Shown in pieces: positions 17,202 to 27,193 of a stretch of 64,000 nt of DNA. Every line of letters starts with the position of its first letter. Position 1 is the first letter of the stretch. The notes under the pieces are model-generated. The model searched no databases. It had not been told where the DNA came from and saw only the letters and a program-made list of their open reading frames with translations. Position numbers and translations under genes: made by a program. This DNA is from Alphaproteobacteria bacterium (GTDB lineage: Bacteria; Pseudomonadota; Alphaproteobacteria; UBA9219): the NCBI GenBank assembly GCA_034002905.1, contig JAVEZQ010000004.1, forward strand, positions 4,175 to 68,174, in the 5' to 3' direction.

Positions 17202-18563
17202 CTATCGCCGAAAGTTCTGGGGTGAGGGGTCAACCACATGGCTGCCCGTCTCGTCCAGTTCGTTAACAGCCAAGGCGCGCTCGATCTGGCCCGTAGGCAG
17301 AAGGCGAAAAACGCCATCCACCCCCGCAAAGCCCGAAGACAGCGTTAAGGAAGGCCGGCTATACCCCATGCCATTACGCGCCAAAACAGCGGCCATGGCT
17401 GTGGCATCATAGGCAAGTGTTGCAAGCCGGGGTGCGGCCTGTCCAAACGAGGATTCATAGCCTGAAACAAAACGCGTGCGGAGCTCCGGCTCCGGCGCGG
17501 CATACCAACCGCCCACCAAGAGGGGCAACCCCTGTGCCACATTTGGCTCGTCCCACAGACCTGTGCCTAAAATCTGAACGGTGCCAGGAACCATTCCCCC
17601 ATCGGACAGCGCCGTCACGACGTTGCGCAAAGCCGTTCCACCCAAAGGAAGAAAGAGCGCCTGAATCCTGTCTTTTTGGGCCAATATTTCTGTCGTTCTT
17701 TCTCCGCGTTCAAACGCCACGATCGTTCCGCCACCACGTTGTACCGCTTCCCTGAAGGCTTTGCCCACAAGGTCGCCATAAGGGTTTATGGGTACAATCG
17801 CTGCGAAGGATGTCAAACCGCGGGATAAAGCGTAGGAAACCACGCGCTCAACTTGCGGCGCAGGAGCAAAACCCATCATATAAGCGCCGTTTTCCCCCAG
17901 CGACATGTCGGTTGAAAGAGCCAACATGTTAATCGGGGTGTTAATCACAACCGGTTTCACCGCGGCGACATCGGCAGCAAAAAGCGGCCCGATGATGAGC
18001 TGTGCTCCACTTGAAATCGCCTCTTGTGCAGCCTTAACGGCACCTTGAGGTGTCCCCTTGGTGTCACGCGGCATCAGCTCAAAGCCTGTAACCCCCATAT
18101 CAAAAACGGCCATCTGCGCCGCATTCGCCATTGCCTGCCCAAGGGGCCCCTGCCGCCCCGACAAGGGCAGGAGCAAAGCTATACGCGCCCCTGCTTGCAC
18201 GGGTGTGGCCTTTGCTTGAGCCTGAACCTGCTGGTCTTGGGGACGCGGCACGCCAGATTGATAGCGATAGGCTGGGGACTGCGGCGTGGGACGCGGTTGA
18301 ACCACAGTCTGGGCCGCACGCGGTGTCGAGATAGTGGATTGTGACGGCTCCCCTCGATCTGGTAGGATCTCGTCCGCACAACTTGCGAGCAAGAAAAGGA
18401 AGACAACACACAATGGCTTTACCACCCAAAAACCACAGCGACCGTTTAGGAAAGAAGGAAAAGTCATGGCCAGATTTCGCCCTTTGGAGTCAATCATTAT
18501 GGAAGGGTAGCGAAGAAAAAGCCCCAAGTAAACCTCTTGATCCCGCGCTTTACATGGTTGCAA
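17202..18563 (-). CDS. LpoA/LppC-like penicillin-binding-protein activator lipoprotein (periplasmic binding fold)
   Basis: Lipoprotein signal (FLFLLASC). Pro/Gln-rich linker then PBP-type I fold. Divergent from rsmI as in E. coli yraM-yraL. True start probably internal (about 18467). Confidence 0.6.
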   Translation of the reverse strand: MQPCKARDQEVYLGLFLRYPSIMIDSKGRNLAMTFPSFLNGRCGFWVVKPLCVVFLFLLASCADEILPDRGEPSQSTISTPRAAQTVVQPRPTPQSPAYRYQSGVPRPQDQQVQAQAKATPVQAGARIALLLPLSGRQGPLGQAMANAAQMAVFDMGVTGFELMPRDTKGTPQGAVKAAQEAISSGAQLIIGPLFAADVAAVKPVVINTPINMLALSTDMSLGENGAYMMGFAPAPQVERVVSYALSRGLTSFAAIVPINPYGDLVGKAFREAVQRGGGTIVAFERGERTTEILAQKDRIQALFLPLGGTALRNVVTALSDGGMVPGTVQILGTGLWDEPNVAQGLPLLVGGWYAAPEPELRTRFVSGYESSFGQAAPRLATLAYDATAMAAVLARNGMGYSRPSLTLSSGFAGVDGVFRLLPTGQIERALAVNELDETGSHVVDPSPQNFRR

Positions 18564-19372
18564 CGCCGATCGGCAATCTGGGGGATATCACCCTGCGCGC
18601 CCTTTGGGTTTTAAAAAATGCCGACCTTCTTCTATGCGAAGATACGCGTGTGACGGGCTCCATGCTTTCCCGTTACGGCATTTCCAAACCGCTAATCTCT
18701 TGTCACGATCACAATGAAACGGGCCGAATTTCAGAGGTGCTTGCCCGTATATCAAGCGGGGGGGCTATAGCCTTTGTCAGCGATGCCGGCACCCCTCTCG
18801 TTTCGGATCCGGGGTTTCGCCTTGTGCGCGCTTGTCGAGATAACAACCTTCCCGTTTTTGCCATTCCCGGCGCAAGCGCCTGCCTAACGGCTCTTGCCTG
18901 TGCAGGCCTTCCCGCAGATCGTTTCTTTTTCCACGGCTTTTTACCAACGAAAAAGGGGGCTCGACAGGATATTCTGCGCGAATTAGCCGGACTTAAAGCC
19001 ACCCTCCTCTTTTACGAAACAGCACCACGCTTGGCGGATACGCTTAACGATATGCTTGCCGTCTTTTCGGGATCACGTCGGGCCTGCGTGGCGCGTGAGC
19101 TGACCAAGCTCTTTGAAGACGTTGTTTGCGAGCCGCTGGATGCCTTGTGCGCGTTAGCCTCCCAAGACTGCTTTGCCAAGGGAGAACTTGTCGTGTTGGT
19201 CGAGCCCGCCTCCGAAAACCCCTCGACAGATGAAGACCTTGACACAACGCTGGTCAAGGCCCTTCAAACAATGAGCGTCAAAGACGCTGCCGCCTTTGTC
19301 GCCAAAGCCCTGAATCTTAAAAAAAGCACGGTCTATCAAAGGGCGTTAACCTTAAGCGGTACGAAAAAATAG
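18552..19372 (+). CDS. rsmI: 16S rRNA (cytidine1402-2'-O)-methyltransferase RsmI
   Basis: YMVATPIGNLGDITLRAL...LLLCEDTR tetrapyrrole-methylase fold. ORF 18341..19372 trimmed to Met 18552 to avoid overlap with the divergent gene. Confidence 0.75.
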
Positions 19373-19381
19373 CGTCTTGAT

Positions 19382-19411
19382 TTGACAACGACCCCCAAAT
19401 GTCGCTATAAG
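19382..19411 (+). promoter_or_regulatory. sigma70-type promoter for rpsD (-35 TTGACA, -10 TATAAG, 18-nt spacer)
   Basis: TTGACA at 19382-19387 and TATAAG at 19406-19411. About 158-nt leader before rpsD. Confidence 0.45.
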
Positions 19412-19569
19412 CCAGCCATTCCCGAGAATGTGGACTTGTCCGTTTCCCCTTTTGACAGGGCTTGGAAACAGGGCTCGCTCCCGTTTCTTCCACGGTGGAA
19501 GAGAACTATCGGGACAATACAAGGGCCAAACAAGCCATCGCGCTTGGCCCCATCAATGAGGGACGAACT

Positions 19570-20184
19570 ATGTCAAAACGTCAAAATGCCAAGCATAAGC
19601 TTGACCGCCGCCAAGGCGCCAACATCTGGGGCCGCGCTAAAAGCCCCATCAATCGCCGCGATTATCGCCCCGGCCAACATGGCCAGCGCCGCACAAAGCC
19701 ATCGGATTACGGTGTGCAATTGCTCGCCAAGCAACGCTTGCGCGGCTATTACGGCAATATCGGCGAACGTCAATTTATTCGCTATTACAAGGAAGCGCTA
19801 CGTCGCAAGGGTGACAACGGCGAAATCTTGCTGCAGCTTTTAGAGCGCCGTCTGGACGCCGTGATCTATCGCATGAAGTTTGTACCAACCGTTTTTTCGG
19901 CACGTCAAGTTGTCAATCACGGCCATATCCTCGTCAACGGCAAGCGCGTCAATATCGCGTCTTATCAAGTCAAGGAAGGCGATGTCATCGAAGTGCGCGG
20001 CAAGGCGAAGCAGATGCCGATCGTCATCATGGCATCCGAGTTGAACGAACGTGATGTGCCGGAATATGTTTCCGTTGATCACAAGGAAATGAAGGGCACC
20101 TTTGTCCGCGTTCCTTCGATGGACGAGATCCCCTATCCGGTTCATATGGAACCCAATCTGGTTATCGAATTCTATTCGCGTTAA
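19570..20184 (+). CDS. rpsD: 30S ribosomal protein S4
   Basis: [22 protein letters not shown]... 205 aa S4 with S4 RNA-binding domain. Confidence 0.9.
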   Translation: MSKRQNAKHKLDRRQGANIWGRAKSPINRRDYRPGQHGQRRTKPSDYGVQLLAKQRLRGYYGNIGERQFIRYYKEALRRKGDNGEILLQLLERRLDAVIYRMKFVPTVFSARQVVNHGHILVNGKRVNIASYQVKEGDVIEVRGKAKQMPIVIMASELNERDVPEYVSVDHKEMKGTFVRVPSMDEIPYPVHMEPNLVIEFYSR

Positions 20185-20197
20185 TTGGAGAAGATCA

Positions 20198-20232
20198 AAA
20201 AAAGCGGGCCTTGCAAGGTCCGCTTTTTTAGT
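20198..20232 (+). terminator. rho-independent terminator after rpsD
   Basis: AAAGCGGGCC-TTGCAA-GGTCCGCTTTTTT hairpin followed by a U-tract. Confidence 0.75.
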
Positions 20233-20405
20233 TTCAAAACCCTCTTCAGCCAAGCTTATTGTGGTTAATTATATGAAACCACGACCTATTATCCCCTTTG
20301 CGAACATAATTTTTTATTGTTTTCATCTTGCTTTCCCTCTATTATAAGCTTAACGGAATATTAAAGGCTAATTTCAAGATAAAGCTTTTAGGAAGAGGTG
20401 CCGCG

Positions 20406-20582
20406 ATGCCTATGCCCAGTAAAAAAAGCCCTTATGAGCCCAAAAAAACGCGTAATCCTATAAAAGAATACGCTCTTTCTCCTGTTATTTTTGCCGTTCC
20501 ACTCGTAACAAATCCCAATCGACCCGATGTGCCGGGACATCATCTTATCCGGCATATGCATGAAGATCTGACGATTGGCTAA
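20406..20582 (+). CDS. hypothetical small protein (58 aa) in AT-rich intergenic island
   Basis: AGGAAGAGG SD 7 nt upstream of ATG 20406. Part of ORF 20328..20582. Confidence 0.3.
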   Translation: MPMPSKKSPYEPKKTRNPIKEYALSPVIFAVPLVTNPNRPDVPGHHLIRHMHEDLTIG

Positions 20583-20814
20583 ATAACGACAGAACCGTTT
20601 GTTTTTTTTCCTGCTTTTTGTCTCAAATTGTCGTGAAGGTTTACGTCCTCTCAACCATCAGGCACTATCTGTCTGTCTCACCGTTTTTTCTTAATGCAAG
20701 GGCGGATATTCTTTTAATAGATTCAATTTTATCAAAATCTTATGTTTCATCAGACCTTAAACCTTTTCGTGTTTAATGGGGGTATTACAGGGATCAATTT
20801 GATGGGGCGATATA

Positions 20815-21141
20815 ATGATGAACAATTCACCCTATGCCATGAGCGATAGGCAATTTTTTGGCTTAGTCAGCGAATCCACTATGGGTCACCACCTGACCGG
20901 CGGAGCCTTGGCCGAACGCGTGAGTAATGAGCTTTCGGATGCACGCCATTTTGCTGACCTAAAAGGGCATCCAGCCCACGCCTTCGGCGCGGCAACCATG
21001 GTCAGCGACGGCAAAGCTCCCCCCTTCACCGCAGATGAACTTATTGACGGGGCAAATGTCTCAAAACTGCTTGACCCCGGATCCAAAAGAAAGGAGTCCC
21101 GTATTACCCTTTCGGTCCCAAAAAACAAATTTATGCTTTAA
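20815..21141 (+). CDS. hypothetical protein (108 aa)
   Basis: ORF followed by a strong terminator. No family recognised. Confidence 0.3.
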   Translation: MMNNSPYAMSDRQFFGLVSESTMGHHLTGGALAERVSNELSDARHFADLKGHPAHAFGAATMVSDGKAPPFTADELIDGANVSKLLDPGSKRKESRITLSVPKNKFML

Positions 21142-21154
21142 TTTTCTCTCCTGA

Positions 21155-21188
21155 AAGAAAAGCCCCGCAATGCGGGGCTTTTTTTATT
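21155..21188. terminator. bidirectional rho-independent terminator (between the 108-aa ORF and the HIT gene)
   Basis: GAAAAGCCCCGCAATGCGGGGCTTTTTTT: an A-tract, then a GC stem, then a T-tract. Confidence 0.75.
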
Positions 21189-21546
21189 TGGCGTTGATCA
21201 TACACCCCACGGGACCACCCCCCAAGATATGAACATGATAGTGGGGGACTTCCTGTCCACCATTCACGCCACAATTGGTAATGAGGCGATACCCGCCATC
21301 GGCCACGCCAATTATCTCCGCCGTTTTACCAATAGCCTTGGTCAAACCGACCTGTTCTTCGGGTGAAGCATTATCCGAAAAATCTTTGTGATTTTCATAG
21401 GATCCCTTGGGGATAACCAACGCATGAACGGGCGTTAAAGGATTGATGTCATGAAATGCCAAGGCAAAAGCATCTTCATAAATTTTCTTGCACGGGATAT
21501 CGCCGCGAATAATTTTGGCAAAAACATTTTGATTATCATAGGCCAT
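21184..21546 (-). CDS. HIT-family (histidine triad) nucleotide hydrolase
   Basis: MAYDNQNVFAKIIRGDIPC ... HYHVHILGG (HxHxHxx motif). Trimmed from ORF 21184..21636 to Met 21546 (AAGGAGA SD). Confidence 0.8.
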   Translation of the reverse strand: MAYDNQNVFAKIIRGDIPCKKIYEDAFALAFHDINPLTPVHALVIPKGSYENHKDFSDNASPEEQVGLTKAIGKTAEIIGVADGGYRLITNCGVNGGQEVPHYHVHILGGGPVGCMINAK

Positions 21547-22240
21547 GTTTTTTCTCCTTCGCTCTTTCCTGCTTGCGTAAAACAATATAATACGCACCCT
21601 CTCCCCCATGATGAGCAGCAGCGCTCCGTATGGCAAGCACTATCTGGCTCAAGGGGGACACATCGCACCAACGTGGTATATTCTGACGTAAAACGGAGCC
21701 ATTATTGGTCCCCTTGCCTGTAATAACCAAAACCACGCGACGCCCTCGTTGATAGGCTTGCTGCAAAAAGCTAACAAGTTTTTCGTGGGCCTCTTGTTCT
21801 GTGTGCCCATGCAAATCTGTGCGCGCCTCGATTACAACATCCCCCAAACTCAAATTGCGTTCGATCCGGAGATCCAAAGGTTCCTTCGAAGCCTCCTTGG
21901 GGGGAAGCGGTACCAACGGCTGAGATGGCGCGACCATAACGGAAGGCGTTATAGATTGCGCAATTTCTACCAATGGCTTTTGTTTTTGTTTCTTGATTTG
22001 TTCGGCGATTTCAGCTGCTGTTGGTCCTTTCTGCGACAGCAGGGCCTCCATACTATCTTGGTCTTCGACAGATTTTTTTGGCTCCGACGGTTCTTCTTTT
22101 TCTGGTGCCGTTTCGACAAGGGCATGTAGAAACGGTTTTTTCTTTTTCAACGGACGTGCGGGAGACGTGGCTTGATCCAGCTTTTTAACATTCTGGATAT
22201 AGTGGGACCAAACTTCCTTTTCATCGTTATCTTTTGTCAT
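21536..22240 (-). CDS. Smr-domain protein (MutS2-related small nuclease domain at C-terminus)
   Basis: C-terminal DLHGHTEQEAHEKLVSFLQQAYQRGRRVVLVITGKG is the Smr signature. Start at MTKDNDEK (22240) overlapping the mltA stop. Confidence 0.7.
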   Translation of the reverse strand: MTKDNDEKEVWSHYIQNVKKLDQATSPARPLKKKKPFLHALVETAPEKEEPSEPKKSVEDQDSMEALLSQKGPTAAEIAEQIKKQKQKPLVEIAQSITPSVMVAPSQPLVPLPPKEASKEPLDLRIERNLSLGDVVIEARTDLHGHTEQEAHEKLVSFLQQAYQRGRRVVLVITGKGTNNGSVLRQNIPRWCDVSPLSQIVLAIRSAAAHHGGEGAYYIVLRKQERAKEKKHGL

Positions 22241-23378
22241 GGACGCGCCCTTCCTTGGGAAGAAGGATGAGATAATGGCCCTTTTCCTGCATTTCACCCG
22301 CGCCTTTTTCAGCCAAAGCCCCGCTTCCCCAAAACAGGTCACCACGAATGGGGCCCTTGATCGCGCCACCTGTATCCTGAGCAATGACCAGCGTGTGGTG
22401 TTTTTCGGTTTCAAGCCAAACGGGGGCTCCCAACGGGAAATAGGCCGGATCAACAGCAAGGCTGCGCATAGGGGTCAAGGCAACAGCCTGTGCACCGATC
22501 GGCCCCTCGCCTTCAATTTTTCTAAAAAACACAACGGACGGATTTTCATTCATAATTGCCTGTGCCCGTTCAGGGTGATCCTCCAGCCACGCGCGAATTT
22601 TCTGCATGGTGACTGGTTTCTCGATCTCACCTCGTGCAAGCAAAACGCGTCCAATCGGGACATAGCTGTGCCCATTTTGGGCCGCATATCCAAGCCTCAA
22701 CACATCCCCATTTAAAAGTGTCACCTGCCCCGATCCCTGAATTTCCATGAAGAAGGCGCCGACAGGATCGTCGGTCCAAACAAGAGGCTTCGCGCGGGTT
22801 AACATGTTTTGCGTGGTTATCTCTTTACGCTCATCATAGGGGATGAATTGTCCGTTGATCACCTTGCCGGTAATCTTTTTGCCCTTCCATTCAGGATTGA
22901 ATAAGCCCAGCTGAACCGTCACCAGATCATCAGGACGCGCCCAAAGTGGCGTTTGATATTTGTCCTTACGCAACAAAGATCCTTTAATCTGCGCTTCATA
23001 ATAGCCTGTAAAAAGTCCTTCGCCGCCATCCTTGGCCTCGATGCGGAACGGCACGAAATTGTCTTCGAAATACAGACGGGCGGAAACATCATCCACAAAA
23101 CCATGCGGCAAAAGTGAGCAGGCCCTTTGCCATAAGGCGGCGCTGCCTGCTTCCTTCATGCGAAAAACAGACGTTGGTTCTTTTTTACTTAAAGCCCTGC
23201 ATGATTTTCGAAAAGCATCGAGCGCTTGCGCATGCTGATCCTGTTTCCAGTTCTGTATGTGAGAAAAAGAAACGGGCGAAAGACGATAGGGGGGCGCTTC
23301 GCCCGTTTTTTGACTCGCGCACGCCGCAAGAAAAAACAACACCCCCACGAGCAAGGGGATCGCTGGTCTTCGTGTCAT
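22227..23378 (-). CDS. mltA: Membrane-bound lytic murein transglycosylase A
   Basis: MltA-specific and 3D domains (..GSGQVTLLNGDVLRLGYAAQNGHSYVPIG.. / ..DTGGAIKGPIRGDLFWG..). Signal peptide with lipobox-like AAC. Confidence 0.8.
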   Translation of the reverse strand: MTRRPAIPLLVGVLFFLAACASQKTGEAPPYRLSPVSFSHIQNWKQDQHAQALDAFRKSCRALSKKEPTSVFRMKEAGSAALWQRACSLLPHGFVDDVSARLYFEDNFVPFRIEAKDGGEGLFTGYYEAQIKGSLLRKDKYQTPLWARPDDLVTVQLGLFNPEWKGKKITGKVINGQFIPYDERKEITTQNMLTRAKPLVWTDDPVGAFFMEIQGSGQVTLLNGDVLRLGYAAQNGHSYVPIGRVLLARGEIEKPVTMQKIRAWLEDHPERAQAIMNENPSVVFFRKIEGEGPIGAQAVALTPMRSLAVDPAYFPLGAPVWLETEKHHTLVIAQDTGGAIKGPIRGDLFWGSGALAEKGAGEMQEKGHYLILLPKEGRVHDKR

Positions 23379-24076
23379 GAATGCGTCTCGACAAGCGTCC
23401 AGTTCGGATCGGGCGACGAAACATCGCGCGCAAAAATCCAGATATCGCGGACTTCTTCTGCGCGACCAGGCGTTCCCTCGACAACCTGCCCCTGCGCGTC
23501 GCGAACAATATTGACCTGATGCGACACAAACTCGACAGTGAGCAAGGCCTTACTATCTTCGAAACGAGCGGCAACGATATCGGCCGCAATAATTTTTTCA
23601 ATCCGCCCCTCAACCGTATGTCCGGCCGTCTTCCTTTGCCCTAAAGCGGATTCAAATGGCCCGCGAACAGCCGGACCCAAGAAGCGCGCCACAGGTGTCA
23701 AATCCCCCAGAGCAAAAGCGCCCACAATTCTTTGAAAGGCGATTTTTGCCCCCTCGATAAATTGCTTTTCATTAAAAGCAGGGTCTGTTGCACGAACCTG
23801 ATCCAGCACTCCCGCCAAAGACGTGGGTGCATAAGCGGACAACAAAGATGGCACGATAGGACGGGCCCGTCCCTCCAAAACCATGACGTTTTCTTCATCA
23901 TCTTTTGAGGACTCCTTGGGCCCAAAGGGGTTTTCCCTTGGTTCCACCTGATTGCTATCATCCTTCTGGCCCAAAACGGACCACAAGCGATAAAACAGGA
24001 ACGCAGCGATCGCGCCGTAAATTACAATATCCCACATTTCCATAAAAACCCCTGCCGCCCTTTCTTTCTTGACCAT
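23375..24076 (-). CDS. Tim44-like domain protein
   Basis: N-terminal TM, then a Tim44-like C-terminal domain pattern conserved upstream of mltA in alphaproteobacteria. Confidence 0.55.
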   Translation of the reverse strand: MVKKERAAGVFMEMWDIVIYGAIAAFLFYRLWSVLGQKDDSNQVEPRENPFGPKESSKDDEENVMVLEGRARPIVPSLLSAYAPTSLAGVLDQVRATDPAFNEKQFIEGAKIAFQRIVGAFALGDLTPVARFLGPAVRGPFESALGQRKTAGHTVEGRIEKIIAADIVAARFEDSKALLTVEFVSHQVNIVRDAQGQVVEGTPGRAEEVRDIWIFARDVSSPDPNWTLVETHS

Positions 24077-24155
24077 TCTAAGGATCAGACCTGTGTTGTG
24101 TAAACAAAATTAGCATGCTAAACAGGCCTCCTTCCAAACGAAGAAAGGCCGCCTT

Positions 24156-24617
24156 ATGTCTCAAGCCCCGGATTCACCGCAACCGCTCCAAGTCGTTGTA
24201 CATGGACAATATGTTCAGGATTTGTCTTTTGAGAGCCCCAACGCTCCCGCAATTTTTCAACAGCTCCAAAAAGCGCCAACCATCGAGGTTTCTGTTAACC
24301 TTTCAACCCGCAAGATTGAAGAAACAGTCCACGAAGTAAGCCTAATGTTACGCCTCCAGTCCAAAACGGAAAGTGCGGTTGCTTTTATTGCAGAGGTTGC
24401 CTACAACGGGCTTTTCGGCATTCCCGCTAACATCCCCAACGATGTTCTAATGCCCTTTTTGTATATTGAGGCGCCGCGCTTGCTTTTTCCCTTTGCTCGC
24501 GCCGTTCTTGCCAATGCTGTAAGAGACGGAGGCTTCCCTCAAATATTGCTTAACCCGGTCGATTTTGAGCTTCTTTATCAGCAACAACTCGCCAAAAACA
24601 ACAATCAGATCGTGTAA
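24156..24617 (+). CDS. secB: Protein-export chaperone SecB
   Basis: 153 aa. LQVVVHGQYVQDLSFESPNAP ... acidic C-terminus, SecB pattern. Confidence 0.85.
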   Translation: MSQAPDSPQPLQVVVHGQYVQDLSFESPNAPAIFQQLQKAPTIEVSVNLSTRKIEETVHEVSLMLRLQSKTESAVAFIAEVAYNGLFGIPANIPNDVLMPFLYIEAPRLLFPFARAVLANAVRDGGFPQILLNPVDFELLYQQQLAKNNNQIV

Positions 24618-24635
24618 AGCTTGTCGCCGGACAAA

Positions 24636-24670
24636 CAAAAACCCCGCCAAGTTGGCGGGGTTTTTTATTT
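24636..24670. terminator. bidirectional terminator between secB and rho
   Basis: AAAAACCCCGCCAAGTTGGCGGGGTTTTTTATTTT. Confidence 0.8.
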
Positions 24671-24683
24671 TCAACGGCTCGTT

Positions 24684-25985
24684 TTATTCGCCGCCTCCGC
24701 GTCGAGAGCGTGGTGAATCCGATGTCGTATTCTGGTTCATCGAGTCAAAAAAGTCCGTATTGGTCTTACTATACTTCAATTTATCGATCAAAAATTCCAT
24801 GGCATCCGTCGTCCCCATGGGCAGGAGAACGCGGCGCAACACCCACATCTTGGACATCGTTGCCTTATCAACCAACAGCTCTTCTTTGCGCGTGCCGGAC
24901 TTGGTGATGTCGATGGCTGGGAAGGTACGGCGATCTGAAAGCTTACGATCTAGGATGATTTCCGAGTTACCCGTTCCCTTGAACTCTTCGAAAATCACTT
25001 CATCCATGCGGCTTCCGGTATCGACCAGCGCTGTTGCAATGATTGTGAGAGAACCACCCTCTTCAATGTTGCGGGCCGCACCGAAAAAGCGCTTGGGACG
25101 CTGCAGCGCGTTCGCATCAACACCACCCGTCAAAACCTTGCCTGATGACGGCACAACCGTGTTATAGGCGCGCGCCAGACGCGTGATGCTATCAAGCAGG
25201 ATGACGACATCGCGCTTGTGTTCGACAAGGCGCTTGGCCTTCTCAATAACCATTTCAGCAACCTGAACATGTCGGACGGCAGGTTCATCAAAGGTCGAAC
25301 TAACGACCTCTCCCTTAACCGACCGAGCCATGTCAGTGACTTCTTCGGGACGTTCGTCAATAAGCAAAACGATCAAATAAACATCAGGGTTATTCTGTGT
25401 AATCGCATGCGCGACGTTTTGCAACATAACCGTTTTACCCGTGCGCGGCGGCGCAACGATCAGGGCACGCTGGCCCATGCCGAGCGGGGCAATAAGATCG
25501 ATCACCCGTGTCGTATAATCTTTCTTGCTTGGATCCTGAAGCTCAAGCACAAGGCGACGATCCGGATAAAGCGGTGTCAGATTATCAAACCCGATGCGAT
25601 GGCGTGTTTTTTCCGTTTCTTGGAAATTGATGCTGTTGACTTTCAAAAGCGCAAAGTAGCGTTCGCTATCTTTGGGAGAGCGGATTTCGCCCTCAACCGT
25701 GTCGCCCGTCTTGAGATTGAACTTTTTGATTTGGCTTGGCGAAACATAAATATCGTCCGGCCCAGCCAGATAGTTGGATTCTGTTGACCGTAAAAAACCG
25801 AAGCCATCCGGCAAAACTTCCAAAACACCTTCGCCATAAATTGCGTTATTCTTTTCCGCGTGTGCTTTTAAAATGGCAAAAACCATTTCTTGCTTGCGCA
25901 AAGATCCAGCATTTTCAATTTCCATTTCCTCTGCAATTTTAAGCAATTCGGCAGGAGACTTTGCTTTTAATTCACGTATATTCAT
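24684..25985 (-). CDS. rho: Transcription termination factor Rho
   Basis: N-terminal Rho_N and CSD regions plus RecA-like ATPase (Walker A GKT, alphaproteobacterial length). A long leader of about 270 nt lies upstream (25986-26254). Confidence 0.9.
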   Translation of the reverse strand: MNIRELKAKSPAELLKIAEEMEIENAGSLRKQEMVFAILKAHAEKNNAIYGEGVLEVLPDGFGFLRSTESNYLAGPDDIYVSPSQIKKFNLKTGDTVEGEIRSPKDSERYFALLKVNSINFQETEKTRHRIGFDNLTPLYPDRRLVLELQDPSKKDYTTRVIDLIAPLGMGQRALIVAPPRTGKTVMLQNVAHAITQNNPDVYLIVLLIDERPEEVTDMARSVKGEVVSSTFDEPAVRHVQVAEMVIEKAKRLVEHKRDVVILLDSITRLARAYNTVVPSSGKVLTGGVDANALQRPKRFFGAARNIEEGGSLTIIATALVDTGSRMDEVIFEEFKGTGNSEIILDRKLSDRRTFPAIDITKSGTRKEELLVDKATMSKMWVLRRVLLPMGTTDAMEFLIDKLKYSKTNTDFFDSMNQNTTSDSPRSRRGGGE

Positions 25986-26254
25986 GATGTCCTTTGGATT
26001 TATCGGGCTCGTTATGACGAGATTTGATTTTGTTTTACGCTTTCATTTTGTCCGGAAACTCGCGCCCACGTCGTCTGTAAAAGACTACACCGTCTTAACC
26101 GACATTCCGCGCTGAGGGTGGGATAACCGACAGGTACGTCCTTAATGTTCCCGTTGCCGAGAATGTACCCCTTCGATAGGCTTATCCTTAGTCATTTTCA
26201 CACCAAAAGTCAAAGTTTTTTATGATTAACACTTCATTTTCTTTGGTTTTTTAG

Positions 26255-27193
26255 TTAACACCGGCGGATCACATGCGCTAAGGCCTGAATAAACTGCTGA
26301 TTATCACCAGCCGTTTCCACAACCCGGTAAAAGGGGCACCCCTTTTCAAAGGCAAGGCTTCGCCCTTCTTGATGAAGTTCGACAAGCGTTTCTGCATGTT
26401 CACAAACAAACGAAATCGGAACAATCACGATAGGTCGATGATCTTGGGCAGCCTTGACAATCTCTTCATCTGTGAATGGACCTATCCATCGGACGGGGCC
26501 CAGACGGCTTTGAAAGCACAAGACGCTATCAATTTTTTTACCCATTTTTTGCAAAATCAGGTCAACCAGTCGGGCACATTGATCGGGGTAGGGGTCACCT
26601 TGCTTCACAATACGCTCAGGCAACCCGTGAGCTGAAAACAGCACGCGGGGCGCCCCCGCCTCTTGGGCCTCTGAAAACGCCTGTTTCGTGCGCTCGACCA
26701 AAAGGTCAATATATGTAGGTAAATCGTAAAAATGGTCAATGATCGAAACCTTTCCCGCGAATTGGGCCCGCGCTAGGGCGCGTCGCCCCTCCTTGAGGGC
26801 AGAAAAAGTCGTTGTCGTGGAATACTGAGGATAAAGGGGCAATAAAACGATTTGTTCAGGCCAAAGCGTTATCGCATGATGAACAGCTTCATAAATAAAC
26901 GGGTGGCTATAGCTCATCCCCACAAAACAACGATAGTCTGTTCCCAGCACAGCCTGTAACGCCACCGCCTGCTTTCGGGTATTTTCCAGTAAGGGGCTAT
27001 GTCCTCCCATCCGTTGATAGATTCCTTTGGCACGTTTGGCACGTATTCCCGAAATCAAAAAAGCAACAATCCAGCGAAAGGGCTGCGGTATCCGCATAAT
27101 TGCAGGGTCATTAAATAAATTAAACAAAAACGGGCGAACATTCTCCAATCGATCAGGCCCACCCATTGAAAGGAGAATGACACAAATCGTCAT
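26255..27193 (-). CDS. hemH: Ferrochelatase
   Basis: ILLSMGGPD ... HGLP ... full-length ferrochelatase. Overlaps hemE by 4 nt. Confidence 0.85.
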   Translation of the reverse strand: MTICVILLSMGGPDRLENVRPFLFNLFNDPAIMRIPQPFRWIVAFLISGIRAKRAKGIYQRMGGHSPLLENTRKQAVALQAVLGTDYRCFVGMSYSHPFIYEAVHHAITLWPEQIVLLPLYPQYSTTTTFSALKEGRRALARAQFAGKVSIIDHFYDLPTYIDLLVERTKQAFSEAQEAGAPRVLFSAHGLPERIVKQGDPYPDQCARLVDLILQKMGKKIDSVLCFQSRLGPVRWIGPFTDEEIVKAAQDHRPIVIVPISFVCEHAETLVELHQEGRSLAFEKGCPFYRVVETAGDNQQFIQALAHVIRRC

